Source of the DNA: Lama guanicoe
Lineage: Eukaryota
Reading direction: 5' to 3'
Length of the DNA: 64,000 nt
Assembly: GCA_013239625.1 (NCBI GenBank)
Contig: MU053557.1
Location: forward strand, 5,281,842-5,345,841
Each line of letters opens with the position of its first letter. Position 1 is the stretch's first letter. The position numbers and the translations under genes are program-made. The notes beneath the pieces were generated by a model that was given only the letters and a program-made list of their open reading frames with translations, was not told the DNA's origin and did not search any database. Below, one piece after another: positions 51,830 to 64,000 of this stretch.

Positions 51830-52704
51830 GTGGGTACCAGCTTTCTCCTTCAGGATTTTCAAAGCACGTTTGAGAACAGCTTGTGTGGGTCAGACCCCTG
51901 GTCCACTGAGCACTGGATCTTTTCTCAATGGGGCTTCTGAGGAAGAGGGGACTTTTCCTCTTGAATGTCTCAGCCCCGGGAGACTACACTGACCTCCCAA
52001 GTGTTAGGACTTTCTTATCAGGGATCTTGAAACAAAGTTGATTTCAAAATTATACCTTCGTTGTGGAAAACCCAGAAAATGCTGACGAGCAGAAAATAGA
52101 AGCTAAAAATCAGTAGTAACAGATGCGTTATTCATTCGTGCAGAATAAGAGAAGGTAGATGACTTACAGGTTTATAGTTTTTCTTTCAACAAAAGTGGGG
52201 TTGTGCTGGGTGTTGTTTTGGAATGTTCTTTTAAAATTCAGTAGTATACCATGAGCATCTTCCTGTGTCAGCAAGTGGAGAAGTATGTGACCATTTTTAG
52301 GGAGTGTATGATGTTCCATTTTTGGGTCCTCTTTGTAATTAAATCTTTGTGTACAGCCTCAATTATTTCCTTTGAGCAAATGCTCAGAAGTGGCATTGCT
52401 GCCTGTTCAGCTTTCCCCCCAATTCGTTCATTAAGATCAGACATTTATTGAATGTTGACCATGTACCAGCCATTTTGAGAATTTGAATCTTGAGTTGTAT
52501 AAGTAGAATTGAGTGCTGAAGATTAAAGAGTATTGATTATTCTCTTTTGTCTTCAGAACCTTATTCCTTTTTGAATTCATGCTTTTAATGTCTTGTGTTG
52601 CCAGGTTGAGTCTATACTACTTTGTGTTCTTATCACCTGTTAAGGAGAATGCCATTCCCTGCAGTCTGCCTAAGCCTGTAGTACCTAGGGTCATATATTT
52701 TTAA

Positions 52705-54460
52705 AATTTTTAACTTTATTTTTAAATTTATATAAGTAAAATTTGCTTTAATATATAGTCTCATGAGCTCTGAAAAGTGCACTGAGTTGTGTAACTGCCA
52801 CCACAATCAGTATATAGAATAGTTCCATCACCCCAAAACAGTCTCTTATACTGTCCCTTTGTAATCAAAACCACCTCTCACCCCTAACCTCTAGCAACCA
52901 TTTGATATGTTCTCCCGTCCCTGTGGTTTTACCTTTCCAGAATGTCATATAAATCCATTGCATGTAGCATTTTGAGTCTGGCTTCTTTCAAGAAGTATAA
53001 TGCCTTTGAAATTCATCCGTGTGCTCTGTGTCAATAGTTTGTCCCTTTTTATTGTTGAGTAGTTTTACATTGTGTGGAGCACCACATCTGGTATACCTGA
53101 TCACTACCTAATGGCTGTTTGGGTTGGTACCAGTTTTTGGCAGTTATGAATACAGCTGCTGTGAACATTCACGTATGGGCTTTTGTGTGAACATAAATTT
53201 TCAGTTCTTTTGGGGAAATATCCTAGGAGTCAGATTGTTGGGCCTTATGGTAAATGTATGTTTAATTTTATAAGAAATTGCCAGTTTACCGAAGTACTGT
53301 TTTGCATTCCCTCCAACAATGGGTGCAAGTTCCAGTTTGCTTTACCTGTCAGCACTTGATGTTGTCTATCTTTTTGCTTCTGTGTTTTACCCATTCTCAC
53401 AGGTATGCGTGGTGGTATCTCATTGTGGTTTCAATTTGTATTTCCTCGATGACTAAGGATGTTGAGCATCTTTTCATGGGTTTATTTGCCGTTTGTGTGT
53501 CGTATTTGGTGAAGTATCTGTTTCATCTTTGGCCCGTTGAGCTGGATTGTTTTCTTGCTGTTGAGTTTTTTGTGTTGTTTTGTTTTGCTGTTGAGTTTCA
53601 CAAGCCCCTTATATACTCTGGCTACAAGTCCTTTGTCCAGTGAGTGATTTGCACACATTTTCTTATGGTCTGTGGCTTGTCTTTTTTGTTCTTTTCACAG
53701 AATCTTTCACAGAGCGAAAGTTCTTAATTATGATAAAGACCAATTCATCAGTTTTTTTCTTTTAGAGATTATTTTTGATGTTATAGCTAAGATTTCTTTA
53801 CCTAGGTGAAGATCATAAATATTTTCCCATGTTTTCTTCTAAAAGTTTTATAATTTATGATTTATATTTATGTCTCAATCCATTTTGAATCAGTTTTTTG
53901 TATGAAGTGTGAGGCCCAGATTGTGGACAGTCAGTCATTGTTTTACCATCTGTTGAAAAGTAGTCCTTTCTTCATTGATTTGCCTTTGCTCCTCTACTAA
54001 AAATTGATTGGCCGTTTATATGTGGATCTATTTCTGCACTCTGTTCTGTTCCATTGGTTGATGTTGTCTATCTTTTTGCCAATACCCACGTGTGCCTTGA
54101 TTACTATAGCTTTATATTTATAGTCAGTCTTCAGCTCAGGTAGTGTGAGTCTTCCAGCCTTGTTCTTTTTGAATTGTTCCCTGAATTGTTGTTAACTGTT
54201 TAGTTCCTTTGTGTTCCCATGTAAATTTTAGAGTCAGCTTATTAGTATTTATAAAATCTTGCTAGAATTTTCATTGGGTCTGTGTTGAATCTGTAGATGA
54301 TTTGAGGGATGTTTGACATGCTGATCAGCATTGAATCTTCCAATCCATGAACATGGTCTGTCTCTCCATTTTAATTAGTTTTTTTTTTCTATCAGTGTTT
54401 TGTAGTTTCAGCATATATGTTCTGCACATATTTTGTTAGGTTTATACCTAAGTATTATAA
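52705..54460 (-). mobile_element. L1 (L1MA/MB-type) 3' portion, antisense
   Basis: Classic antisense ORF2/3'UTR (gtggtatctcattgtggtttcaatttgtatttc..gatgttgagcatcttttcatg; tcttccaatccatgaacatgg). Confidence 0.88.
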
Positions 54461-55322
54461 TTTTTTAAAGTTTGTCAACTTGATAAAAACTGGGATATCT
54501 TTTGTTAATTTGTTGTATTTCTTTGATTACTAGGAAGATAGTGTATCTTTTCTGTTTGGTTTTTTTTTCTCTTTTGTGAACATTTCCATTCTTTAGGGGT
54601 TTTTTGGTTGACAGTTTTTACCCAGTTTATTAGTTGTCTTTTAAATTTGTGACTTTTGGGGGGAACACAAGGAGTTTTGTTGTTTTAATTTTTATGTGAT
54701 CAGAGCTTTGATCTTCTCCTTTGTGGTTTCATCCTTTGGTATCATGCTTAGTAAGGCCTCACCCACTCCTCTATACCCTTCTCTAAATGGGAACACCTGT
54801 GCCAAAATTTGCTTTTGGGCAAATCTGTGCATTTTGTGCAAATACAGTATCACCATCTTTTATTTTTTTTAAATTGACTGAATTTAAATTCCTCTGAGTC
54901 TTTAACCCAGGATTTGGTGTAGGGCTGATTTTATAGCCTGTGTTACATCCTCTACATGTCCTTGGACTAAAGGATGCTCCTGGCCTTTCCTCATGGGGTA
55001 GCTATGAGAGGCAGAGGAAGAGTGATGCCTTTGGTTATGAGGACTGAGTTAGGTGATAGGGAGATGCTTCTTTAAAAAATTTTTTTTTAGTCCTATGATA
55101 CGTATTTCATTACTTTTTTCATTTAACAACGTTCATGTCAGAGCATTTAGGCTTGCCTTATTCTTGATGTCTAGTTTTCTATTTTATGCATGTATCACAG
55201 TTTATTTTTAACTGCTCCCCTGTTGATGGACATTAAACAAACATTTTAGTTTGTTTCCAGTTTTTTGCCATTGTGGATGTTGTTAAGAGTGAACTTCCCT
55301 GTTGCCTCTTTTTAACCTACAG

Positions 55323-55454
55323 GTCTCTTTAATGTGGGGAACAAGCTGCTAGTGAGTCTGGACTTGCTGTTTGCAATCCGAAACCAGATCAAGCTGGGAG
55401 AGGACCCCAGAGTGTCCATCAGCACACTTCTGAAGTCAGTGCAGGAGCAGACAG
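55323..55454 (+). CDS. HMGXB3: HMGXB3 exon 14
   Basis: ctacag|gt; GLFNVGNKLLVSLDLLFAIRNQIKLGEDPRVSISTLLKSVQEQT; g|gtaagg; 132 nt. Confidence 0.92.
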
Positions 55455-55577
55455 GTAAGGTTGCCTTCCTCCCTTTCCCAAGGTTAGTCCTAAACTCCCT
55501 GGGAATTTTCAGCTATGGGCTTTGGTTGGAATAATAACCTTGGAGGAGATCTGATATTTTGAAAAGGAGACATTCTT

Positions 55578-56136
55578 ATTTTGAAGTATAGTTGGATTAC
55601 AATATTGTGTTACTTTCTGGTGTACAGCATAGTGATTCAGTCATATATATATTTCTTTTCATTATAGGCTATTACAGGAGATTGAATATAGTTCTCTGTA
55701 TTATACAGTAGGACCCTGTTGTTTATCTATTTTATATATGGCAGTCAGTATCTACAAATTCCAAACTCTCAGTTTATCCCTCCGCCCCCTTCCTTTCCCC
55801 CTGGTAACTATAAGTTTGTTTTCTATGTCTGTGAGTCTGTTTCTGTTTTGTGAATAAGTTCATTTGTGTCATTTTTTTTTAAATTCCACATGTAAGTAAT
55901 ATCCTAAAGTATTTTTCTTTTTCTTTCTGGCTTACTTCACTTAGTATACAATCTCCAGGTCCATCCATGTTGCTGCAAATGGCATTACTTTATTTTTTTT
56001 ACAACTGAGTAGTATTACATTGTATGAATATACCAAAACTTGTTTATCTAATAATTTGTCAGTGTACGCTTAGGTTGTTTCCATGTCTTGGCAATTGTAA
56101 ATAGTGCTGCTATGAACATTGGGGTGCATGTATCAG
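55578..56136 (-). mobile_element. Lineage-specific L1 3' end with a perfect 15-bp TSD
   Basis: TSD aaaggagacattctt at 55563-55577 and 56137-56151. Body related to 13291-13870; encodes the TPMFIAALFTIAKTWKQPK remnant. Confidence 0.92.
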
Positions 56137-56928
56137 AAAGGAGACATTCTTGACTTCCTGACCCACTGCTCCTTTTGAATTTTGCAAATGACAGACTGAC
56201 TTTGGAAAGTACGGATCTTTCCATGAGTCTGGAGACCCTCAGCACAAGATTAAACTGACTGTAGAAGCTTATCCTTTGGTCATAGATAATTGTGGCTTTA
56301 CTGCATGCTAATCAAACACAGCTTCTGGAGGTGCATTCCCATTTCCAAGGCTCACGCTGAGACCTGACGGTGGGCACCACCCTTATTATTATTAAGAAGT
56401 TACGTTTCCCCTTCCTTTCCTTATTTCTTTCCGTTTGTGCTTTTCCCATTCCCTTCCTACAGAATCCAGTCCCCCGCTCCTTCCCTGCCGTGAGATCAGA
56501 TGGAGTAGAGCAGAGTTTCTAGGGTCAGACAGGCCTGTGTTTGAGTTTGGGCTCTGCCACTTAGTGTGGCAATGTGATTTTGAGCAAGTTATTCTCTGTG
56601 CCTTGGTTTTTCCGGTTATACAATGAGGATAATAATAGCTCTTGGTTCATAAAGATGTGAAAGTTAAATGATACAATGTATTGAAAGTTTTTAACACAGT
56701 GTTTAGTGCCTACTGGGGACTGAGTGCAAGGCAGCTCTAACTCTGATTGGAATTGCCCTTTGAGTTGCCATCTGAAAACCTAATGGCCAGGGTGTTTGAC
56801 CCTTGGGTGGTTAGTACTCTTGGGTGTTCTTAGGAGAGAAGCAGTCTTCGCTGTACTTGCCAGTGGCTCATCCCTAGTGGCCTTGGTGTTTTCCTGTGAC
56901 CTTCTCAGAGCTCTTGCTCTCCTTCCAG

Positions 56929-57113
56929 AGAAGACTCTGACCTCGGAGGAGCTGAGCCAGCTGCAGGAGCTGCTGTGCAATGGCTATTGGGCTTTCGAGT
57001 GCCTCACTGTCCGAGACTACAACGACATGATCTGTGGCATCTGTGGTGTGGCTCCCAAAGTGGAAATGGCCCAAAGGAGTGAAGAAAATGTGCTGGCACT
57101 AAAGAGTGTGGAG
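56929..57113 (+). CDS. HMGXB3: HMGXB3 exon 15
   Basis: ttccag|ag; EKTLTSEELSQLQELLCNGYWAFECLTVRDYNDMICGICGVAPKVEMAQRSEENVLALKSVE; gag|gtgagt; 185 nt. Confidence 0.92.
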
Positions 57114-57294
57114 GTGAGTGCCTCCCAGCTGCCAGGGGTGACCTTTAGAACTGTCCTCACACTTTGGCAGCCACCTTCCTATACGATGTCCCCAGAAGCA
57201 GTTGGCTCTGGTCCTTTCCAGGGTGAGACAAGTAGCTTTTCCCTGCCACTGCCCAAGTTTTCATCTAAGGAAGCCTAGATGGAAATAGAGGCAT

Positions 57295-57850
57295 TTGTTC
57301 TTATTCAACAAATTTATTAAAATAGGGTTTTAGTTATTTGGGAAATGGCAGTTAAAAAAACCCAGAGTTTCTGTGCTCATGGAGCTTACTCTGTGATTTG
57401 GGGAGACAGGAGACAAACATTAATAATTGTGTATGTTAATATACATTATAATAATGTATGAATTAAAAGTAACGTAGTAACAATAAGGCAGGGTAAGGAG
57501 AAGAGAGCAGTGTGGTGGGGAGAAGGGGTTCCTGTTTCATAGAGGGTAGTCCAGGGAGTCCTCTCGGATGCAGTGGCGTTTGAGTAGAGCTCCGAAGCCC
57601 GTGTTGCTTTCAAGGGGAGGAACATTCCCGGCAGAGGGAGCAGCAAGAATGGGGTCTAAGGTGGGCTTGCTGGGCATGACTGAGGAACAGCAAGGAGGTC
57701 AGTGAGGCTGGTTCTGTGAGCAGTGGAGAGACTGGTAGGATATGTGATGTTCAAGAGACTGTGGGAGGCTTGGGCCACTGTAAGGAGTTACACTGAGTGC
57801 AGTGGAGAGCCAGTAAAGGATTCTGAGGAAAAGTGGCCTGATCTGACTTA
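57295..57850 (-). mobile_element. LINE-2 fragment
   Basis: attcaacaaatttatt...ctcatggagcttac...aacattcccggcagagggagcagcaag. Confidence 0.65.
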
Positions 57851-57874
57851 AGTTCTTAACTCAGCAGTGTTCAC

Positions 57875-58345
57875 ACAAAGATAATACCAAACTCAGATGA
57901 CTTTATACAGTAATTCTAACAAATATCCAAGAAATATTATTCCAGTCATAGAAGAACAACAGAAGTGGAGTATTTCCCCAAGTCATTGTATAAGGCCATA
58001 AAACTGACAACAAAACCAAATATTTAATATAAGGTTGAAAAGTTACACTGGTTGTACTCATGAATATAGATGCCGAAGTCCTGAATGAGAAAATAGCAAA
58101 TCAAATCTAACAATAAAGTAATGCATCATGACTAAGTTTATCTCAGCAAAGCAAGAGTGTTTCAACATTAGAGAATATACTAATGTAATTCAATACTTAA
58201 CAGTTTAAAGGAGAAAATCTATGTGAGTATTTCATTAGATGTATAAAAAAGGCTTTCATTTTTATTCAACACCTGTTTATGATTAAAAAAAAATTTTAGC
58301 AAATTGAAAGTCCTAGGGAATCTTCTTTAACCTGGTACAGGGAAT
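57875..58345 (+). mobile_element. Old L1 ORF2 fragment (sense)
   Basis: ctcatgaatatagatgc..aaaatagcaaatcaaatctaacaa..ttcaacattagaga..attcaacacc. Confidence 0.7.
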
Positions 58346-59544
58346 TTTTATTGAAAAATCCCATAGGTGAACTCTTTCTCCGACCATGCTGAGAGGTATG
58401 GTCTGCACACACAGGTGTGGAGTGCCCCGTGAGTATGCTAGTAGTCACAGTGGGTGCAGGCTTTCCATCTCTGAACTCTCCCGCAGGGACCAAGAGGACA
58501 GGGACATGAAGTGACTCTCCAGGCACTGGACCTGCAGCTCACCTGTGCAGCACCAGGGGTGGTGCAGGACCTCTAGAGAAAAGCTTTGGTGCATTTTGGC
58601 GTGGCCAGCTGAGCATGTTAGGAATTTAATGCATATTCCTATTTTTCTCCCAGTTGAAAAAAAAAGTACATATATTGATCAAATATTCCTATTTGAGGGG
58701 TGGTTGTGCATAACGAGATACATGAAAATAAGCATAATTCTCCTGGAGCCTTCTGAGTGTTTCTTGTAGATAAAATGAACTGTAAAAAAGTTTTACTTTT
58801 GTGTGTTATGTCACCAAGCAGCTACATCCAGACTAATTCCGATCTGCTTGACTAATGATAATAGTAATGCAGCTACAATTTATTGGGCATTTTATTACAT
58901 ATGCCAAGTTTGTACTCTGTCCTCACTGCTTTACTGTCTGACTGACTTCTCACCCCAACCCTGTGAGATTTTTGTAGATGAAGGAACTGAAGCCTGGGGG
59001 CTTGACCAAGCTCATTCAGCCAGAAAGAGGTGTAGCTGGGACTTGATCTTGGTCTAGCTTCCCGACTCCAGAGTCTGAGCTTCTGAGCACTGCCAATCTC
59101 ACCAGCATCTCCTGGGACCCTGATCTCTGGTTTTTGAAACACACCTGGCCACAGACTTTTTAATCTCCAGAATAGACAGAAGCCCACCTCCCTGCAAAGC
59201 TCATGTCTCCTAGCCCTGCCTGGCATCTGCCTTGTCCTGATTAAGGGTTTTTCCTCATGGAATGGAGTAACATTCCCTTCACTTTCCAGCTCTTCTGAGT
59301 TTCTGTGTGTTTCTTTCTAGAGACCAGGACTTACTTTATTTTCTCCCTTTTATGTGTAGAATGTCGTTAGGTGGTGCATATTGAGGAGGAGGGCGTGGGG
59401 GTGTTCTAAAGTCTGTGAAGTAAAACAGGAAGGTATTAAAACTTAAATATGCAGCTGTCCATGAGAAGACTGTTGGGCTGTCCTGTTCCCTAGGGACTGT
59501 ATAGAGGAGGACCCTCTGGTCTGATGAGGGATGCCTGTGTGTGG

Positions 59545-59748
59545 AACAATGGTTTTCAGACTTTGTGGGCATAAGAATTACATTGGGCGATTGTTTGCAA
59601 ACTTTTTTTAGCATGGGGGCTTGCTTGGGGGCCACCCCCAGGGTTTCTGACCCAGTAGGTCTGGGGTGGGCTGAGGATTTGCTTTTCTGACAAGTTCCCA
59701 GGCGGTGTTTATGCTGCTAGTCTGGGGACCACACTTTGAGAACCACTC
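59545..59748. mobile_element. MER5A-like element
   Basis: gtaggtctggggtgggctgaggatttgcttttctgacaagttcccaggc...ggggaccacactttgagaaccact. Confidence 0.75.
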
Positions 59749-60490
59749 ACCTAAGGGATCTTTTAAAGGGCTTTAGGATTCGTACAGATTGAGTTGTGGT
59801 CCACATATTAGCATTGCTAAGTAACGCAAATGACTGATGAGGTAATAGGATCAGGATCCTCAACTTTAAATTGAATAGCGCAGTGCTAGGTGCTGACAGT
59901 AAGTAGATGAGTAAACGCCGCATGAGGTAGAGGAGGCAGCTGTGTGCTGGCAGGGTCTGGGAGGAACTTCGGAGGAGGTAAGGGATCAACAGGGCCTTGC
60001 ACGTGGGTAGAATGCCAGTAAATTTTACTGTGATGATTCCTGCCAGCCAAGCATAGGGATTAAGGGCTTGGGTTTTGTAACTAGATCTTTGTTCACATTC
60101 TTGTCCTGTCCCTCACTCCACTAGTCTCACCTTAGACACCCTCAGGCTTGTATAGTAGTAGCTAATTAGCCAATATCCGGCACATGACAGGTACTCAGTG
60201 GTAGTTCCCCTTTCCTTGGTGGGGCAGGGAAGAAGACGTGAATAAAGGCATAGATGCAGAAGGGACTTCAGTCTTGGGGAGTGCTGTGTTACAAGAGAAA
60301 GGAGTGAGGCCAAGGGGCAGTTAGGTTCTAAGATGCCCGATTAGAGGCGTCTCGGCAGTACATGGCTGTCGGACTCCTTCCTCCTGCTCAGCTTTGGTTC
60401 CCTGAGAATGTTGAGAAGGTACGTTGTTGTGTTACTGATGTTCTTTGTCTCCTACAGTTCTTTGTCTCCTTTTTTATCCTGACCTTTTAG

Positions 60491-60710
60491 TTCACCTGGC
60501 CTGAGTTCCTGTCCTCTAGTGAGGTAAACGTGGAGGACTTCTGGGCCACGATGGAGACAGAAGTGATTGAGCAGGTGGCCTTCCCTGCCAGCATCCCTAT
60601 CACCAAGTTTGATGCCTCTGTTATTGCCCCCTTCTTCCCACCACTCATGAGAGGAGCTGTGGTCGTCAACACTGAGAAAGACAAAAACCTGGATGTGCAG
60701 CCAGTACCTG
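60491..60710 (+). CDS. HMGXB3: HMGXB3 exon 16
   Basis: ttttag|ttc; FTWPEFLSSSEVNVEDFWATMETEVIEQVAFP...IAPFFPPLMRGAVVVNTEKDK; g|gtaagg; 220 nt. Confidence 0.9.
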
Positions 60711-62045
60711 GTAAGGCCACCTGGTGGCTGCCTGGGGTCAGGGAAGGGTTCCGTCTAGTCTGGAACACGGTCTATGGCCAGACAGCACACATGGTTGAGA
60801 GGGGGCCAGGCCCACCTAGGGGACTCTTTGGAAAGATAATGACAACCTGTGACAAAATGTCCTGGAAATAAAAGTCACGTGCAGAATTTTGAAGAGCTGC
60901 CAGCCACACTGAATCAGAGTGACCCACATAGCCCACTGTCAGCCTTCTGTTCCCAGAAGTGGTGAATAGTGGGAATCCTCTGAAAAATGCTGGTGGTAAG
61001 GCTCCAACCCCAAAGATTCTCACTGAGAGAGGGAGAGGGAGGCCAGGGAGTCTGCCTTCTAAACAGGTCTTTCAGATGATTTTGCAGATGCTCTATGGTT
61101 ATACATTGAGAAGCCCAGGACGAGCCCTTGAGGGCATTGGTTTCTGATAATTTGGGTTTGATTCCCAGCCATGCCACTTAGCTGTGTGACCTCCGCCAAA
61201 TCCCTTGATTACCCTGAACCTCTGTCTCATCATTTACAAAGGGGACATGATATTACTACTCACTTCCTAGGTGGCTGTAAGGGTTGAGTTAAATAGTTTT
61301 CTACTTTTTTTTTCTAACTGCAGCTCAGAGTAAAAAATATATTCTACACCGTGACTCAGCATGGTGCTCATACAAGTCGGGACATATGTGCGTATCTGTA
61401 ACTAAAAGAACTTTCATTACGGCAGTATTTCCCTTCATCAAATGCAATATACTTTCTATGTTATTTCGTTTTTAAAATCCTGGGTATGACCTGCTTAATT
61501 GATTTTGTAAGTTTTTAATATGTTGCAATCTGCTGGTTCCCAAACACTGTTTTCTAAAAACATTAGATACTGAGGGTCCCGCGTCATATTTGCTGCTTCA
61601 AGGTCCAGGAATTGTTTTTTTTTTGTTGTTGTTGTTGTTGTTGTTTAAGGCCCCACATAGTTCTGTTGATTAGCAGGTTCAGGAACATAGTGTATAAAGA
61701 GAGTGTTTAAAATGAGAGCTACTGCTTCTCTCATTGCTGCAGTTGTGGTAAATATCTGAGGTCTTGGTTCTGAAAAGCCTTAAGAAGTTATAAGTGACCC
61801 TTTCTGGGGTTCTTTGCAAGGGTGCTCTGCTGGAATCTCTCCTAGACATTCAGTGGCAGAAAGACTTCAGATATCTATAGAAGTCCTAAGACCTGGCCAT
61901 GAGTCCACCTCCCTGAGCACCCAGGGCAGAGCTCTGGGTAGAGCCTGCTCTGCTGTAGGCCTGGTTCCCTTGTTCCCATCCTCGCGCCTTATGGCCACTG
62001 GTGGCTGGCGGCAGCGCCCTCCCGTTAGCACGTTGTCTCTTGCAG

Positions 62046-62179
62046 GCAATGGCAGTGCCCTGGTGAGGCTGCTCCAGGAGGGCGCCTGCAAGCTGGAGGA
62101 GATCGGCTCCTACAGTGAGGAGGAGCTGCGGTGCCTGCTGAGGCAATGTGGCGTCCCTTTTGGGGCAGAAGACTCCAAG
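62046..62179 (+). CDS. HMGXB3: HMGXB3 exon 17
   Basis: ttgcag|gc; GNGSALVRLLQEGACKLEEIGSYSEEELRCLLRQCGVPFGAEDSK; aag|gtgagc; 134 nt. Confidence 0.9.
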
Positions 62180-62909
62180 GTGAGCATCAGAGTGGCACTG
62201 GAGTTAGGGACTTGGGGAGCAGGCTGGTGGGCCATTTTTCTGGGTAGGCCTATCAATATCTGTGCCAGGGTGCCTGTGCTGGGCAGAGAGTGCTAGTGGG
62301 CAGGACGGCCTGGGAGATAGCAGCCTGGTCATGACCTGCAGGTGAGGCCATCCCTCCTGTCCAGTCAGTTCCTCTGCTGAAGGTGGTGAGTCCAGACTCT
62401 GGGTCCAGAATCCAGGCTCTCCCACCTACTGTGTGTGACCTTGGATAAGCTATGTCATATTTCTGAGCCTCATTTTCCTTGTTTATACAGTGTCTGATTA
62501 TTACACATCCAGGCTCTTAGAAAATGAGTGCAGTTGCATCCAGAGAGAGAGAATGTGTTTTATGCATACATTATTTACTTCCCTTCATTCTGCTGTGCTC
62601 TGAAAACTTTATGCTTCCTTCAGGTTCAGACTCAAACGTTAGCTCCTCTTTGAAGGTTTCCCTGCCTTGTGAAAAGTCGGGAGAACCCAGGCCTTAAGAG
62701 TCCGACAGCTTGGTCAGGCTGGCTGGCTCTTTCTGTGACCTGGTCCTTTCAGGGCCTCTATCTCTACCTAGAGGATATTGGGCTGGTGTGGCTCCAAGGC
62801 CCACTCTGGCCTTCACAGTTGATTGTCTTCCTTTGAGCGTTTGGTGGTGTGTACCAGGCCTCGTCCCTCAGCATTTACTGCTGTGTTTAATCTTGTCCTT
62901 CTGCTCTAG

Positions 62910-63026
62910 GACCAGCTCTGCTTCTCCTTGTTGGCTCTCTATGAATCTGTACAGAATGGAGCCAGAGCTAGACAGCCCCCACCTCATCTCACAGGGGGTA
63001 AAATCTACAAGGTTTGCCCCCATCAG
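62910..63026 (+). CDS. HMGXB3: HMGXB3 exon 18 (gene continues beyond the window)
   Basis: ctctag|gac; DQLCFSLLALYESVQNGARARQPPPHLTGGKIYKVCPHQ; cag|gtaaga; 117 nt. Cumulative CDS is 3201 nt with no stop. Confidence 0.9.
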
Positions 63027-64000
63027 GTAAGAGGGTAATGAGGAGGAGCTCGGGGTGGACTTATTCATGTCGCTTTGCCCACACGCAGAGGATCTGATCT
63101 CGCTTGTTCTGGGAGTTGCACTTAGGTCAGTGGGCAGCTGTGGAGTAGCTCCTTATGGATTTTCTTCTGAGAGTGATGAGGGGCCCATTGGATGGTTTGA
63201 ATGGGAAGTGTCTGATTTTGGTTTTTTAGGCAGATCACTGCTTACATCTGTTGAATGCACAGTGTAGGAGCCAGGATAATTCTGGAAAGGGACAGAGTTG
63301 TCCTGACCTGGGGAGAGGCCAGGGTAGAAAAACCTCTGAACAAGTACTAAGCTGGGGAGATGGCTTCGCAGAGCCTTCAGTTCATGGAGGTGTGTGAGTG
63401 GGCAAGGCGACTGGCTGTCGAGAGTCAGGTGGTCAACCCCTTTACCAGAAGCTGAGTCTGAGGGTCATGCTTGATGCCTCTACCCTGGCAGGTCAGAGCG
63501 TGCTCTGAACATTGTGTTCATGTGACGGAAGTCCTGCTCATGCGAAGCACTTGACAACACAGGGACATGAGAGCTCTAGGACTTGGGGCTGTGCTGGGGT
63601 GGCAGTGTTACTTGGAGGCGACAGTCATGACTGGTAGATGTGGAGGAAGGTAGAGGCAGTTTTCCAGTGTCCACACAGCTACCCAGCATTTGAGTGGCGT
63701 TCTGTCAGTGGAGGTGTAGCCTACATCAGGGGTGCCCATGTGGACAGCACATCAGAGTCTGCTGGGGAGCTGCTTGGACTCCACCCCCAAAGCCTCATTC
63801 CTTAGATTTGGAATACCTCCATTTTTAACCTGATCTTAACTGCTGGTGCTGTGCACCTTGGGAACCACTGGGCTTAGATGGTGCAGGGTGGGGTTTGGAG
63901 CAGATTCCAGAGGTTGGGGAGCAGAGACTTTGAGACTCAGCTGAGGATTGGATGCTCCCAGCTCTTCTGGCTGGAGTGCAGAAATGAGCTGGCGACTTCG

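Overview
Mammalian genomic DNA, most likely a camelid (tRNA-Ala-like SINEs of the camelid Vic-1 type; no Alu, Bov-A or PRE-1 seen). It covers the conserved SLC26A2-TIGD6-HMGXB3 block. (1) Both coding exons of the sulfate transporter SLC26A2 (+, 740 aa) and a long 3'UTR. (2) The single-coding-exon, pogo/Tigger-derived gene TIGD6 (-, 524 aa). (3) A CpG-island bidirectional promoter at about 22.2-23.1 kb. (4) Exon 1 plus 17 coding exons of HMGXB3 (+, 1067 codons here; the gene continues past the window), whose phases join into one open frame. The rest is intronic or intergenic L1, L2, MIR, SINE and DNA-transposon relics. I found no CRISPR or other prokaryote-type system. The most interesting features are two domesticated transposases from unrelated superfamilies, both apparently lacking a catalytic Asp, sharing one head-to-head promoter; a complex HMGXB3 5' leader; a duplication-derived poison splice acceptor; and a probable L1 3' transduction. 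Comparisons with human orthologues are from memory and need checking.
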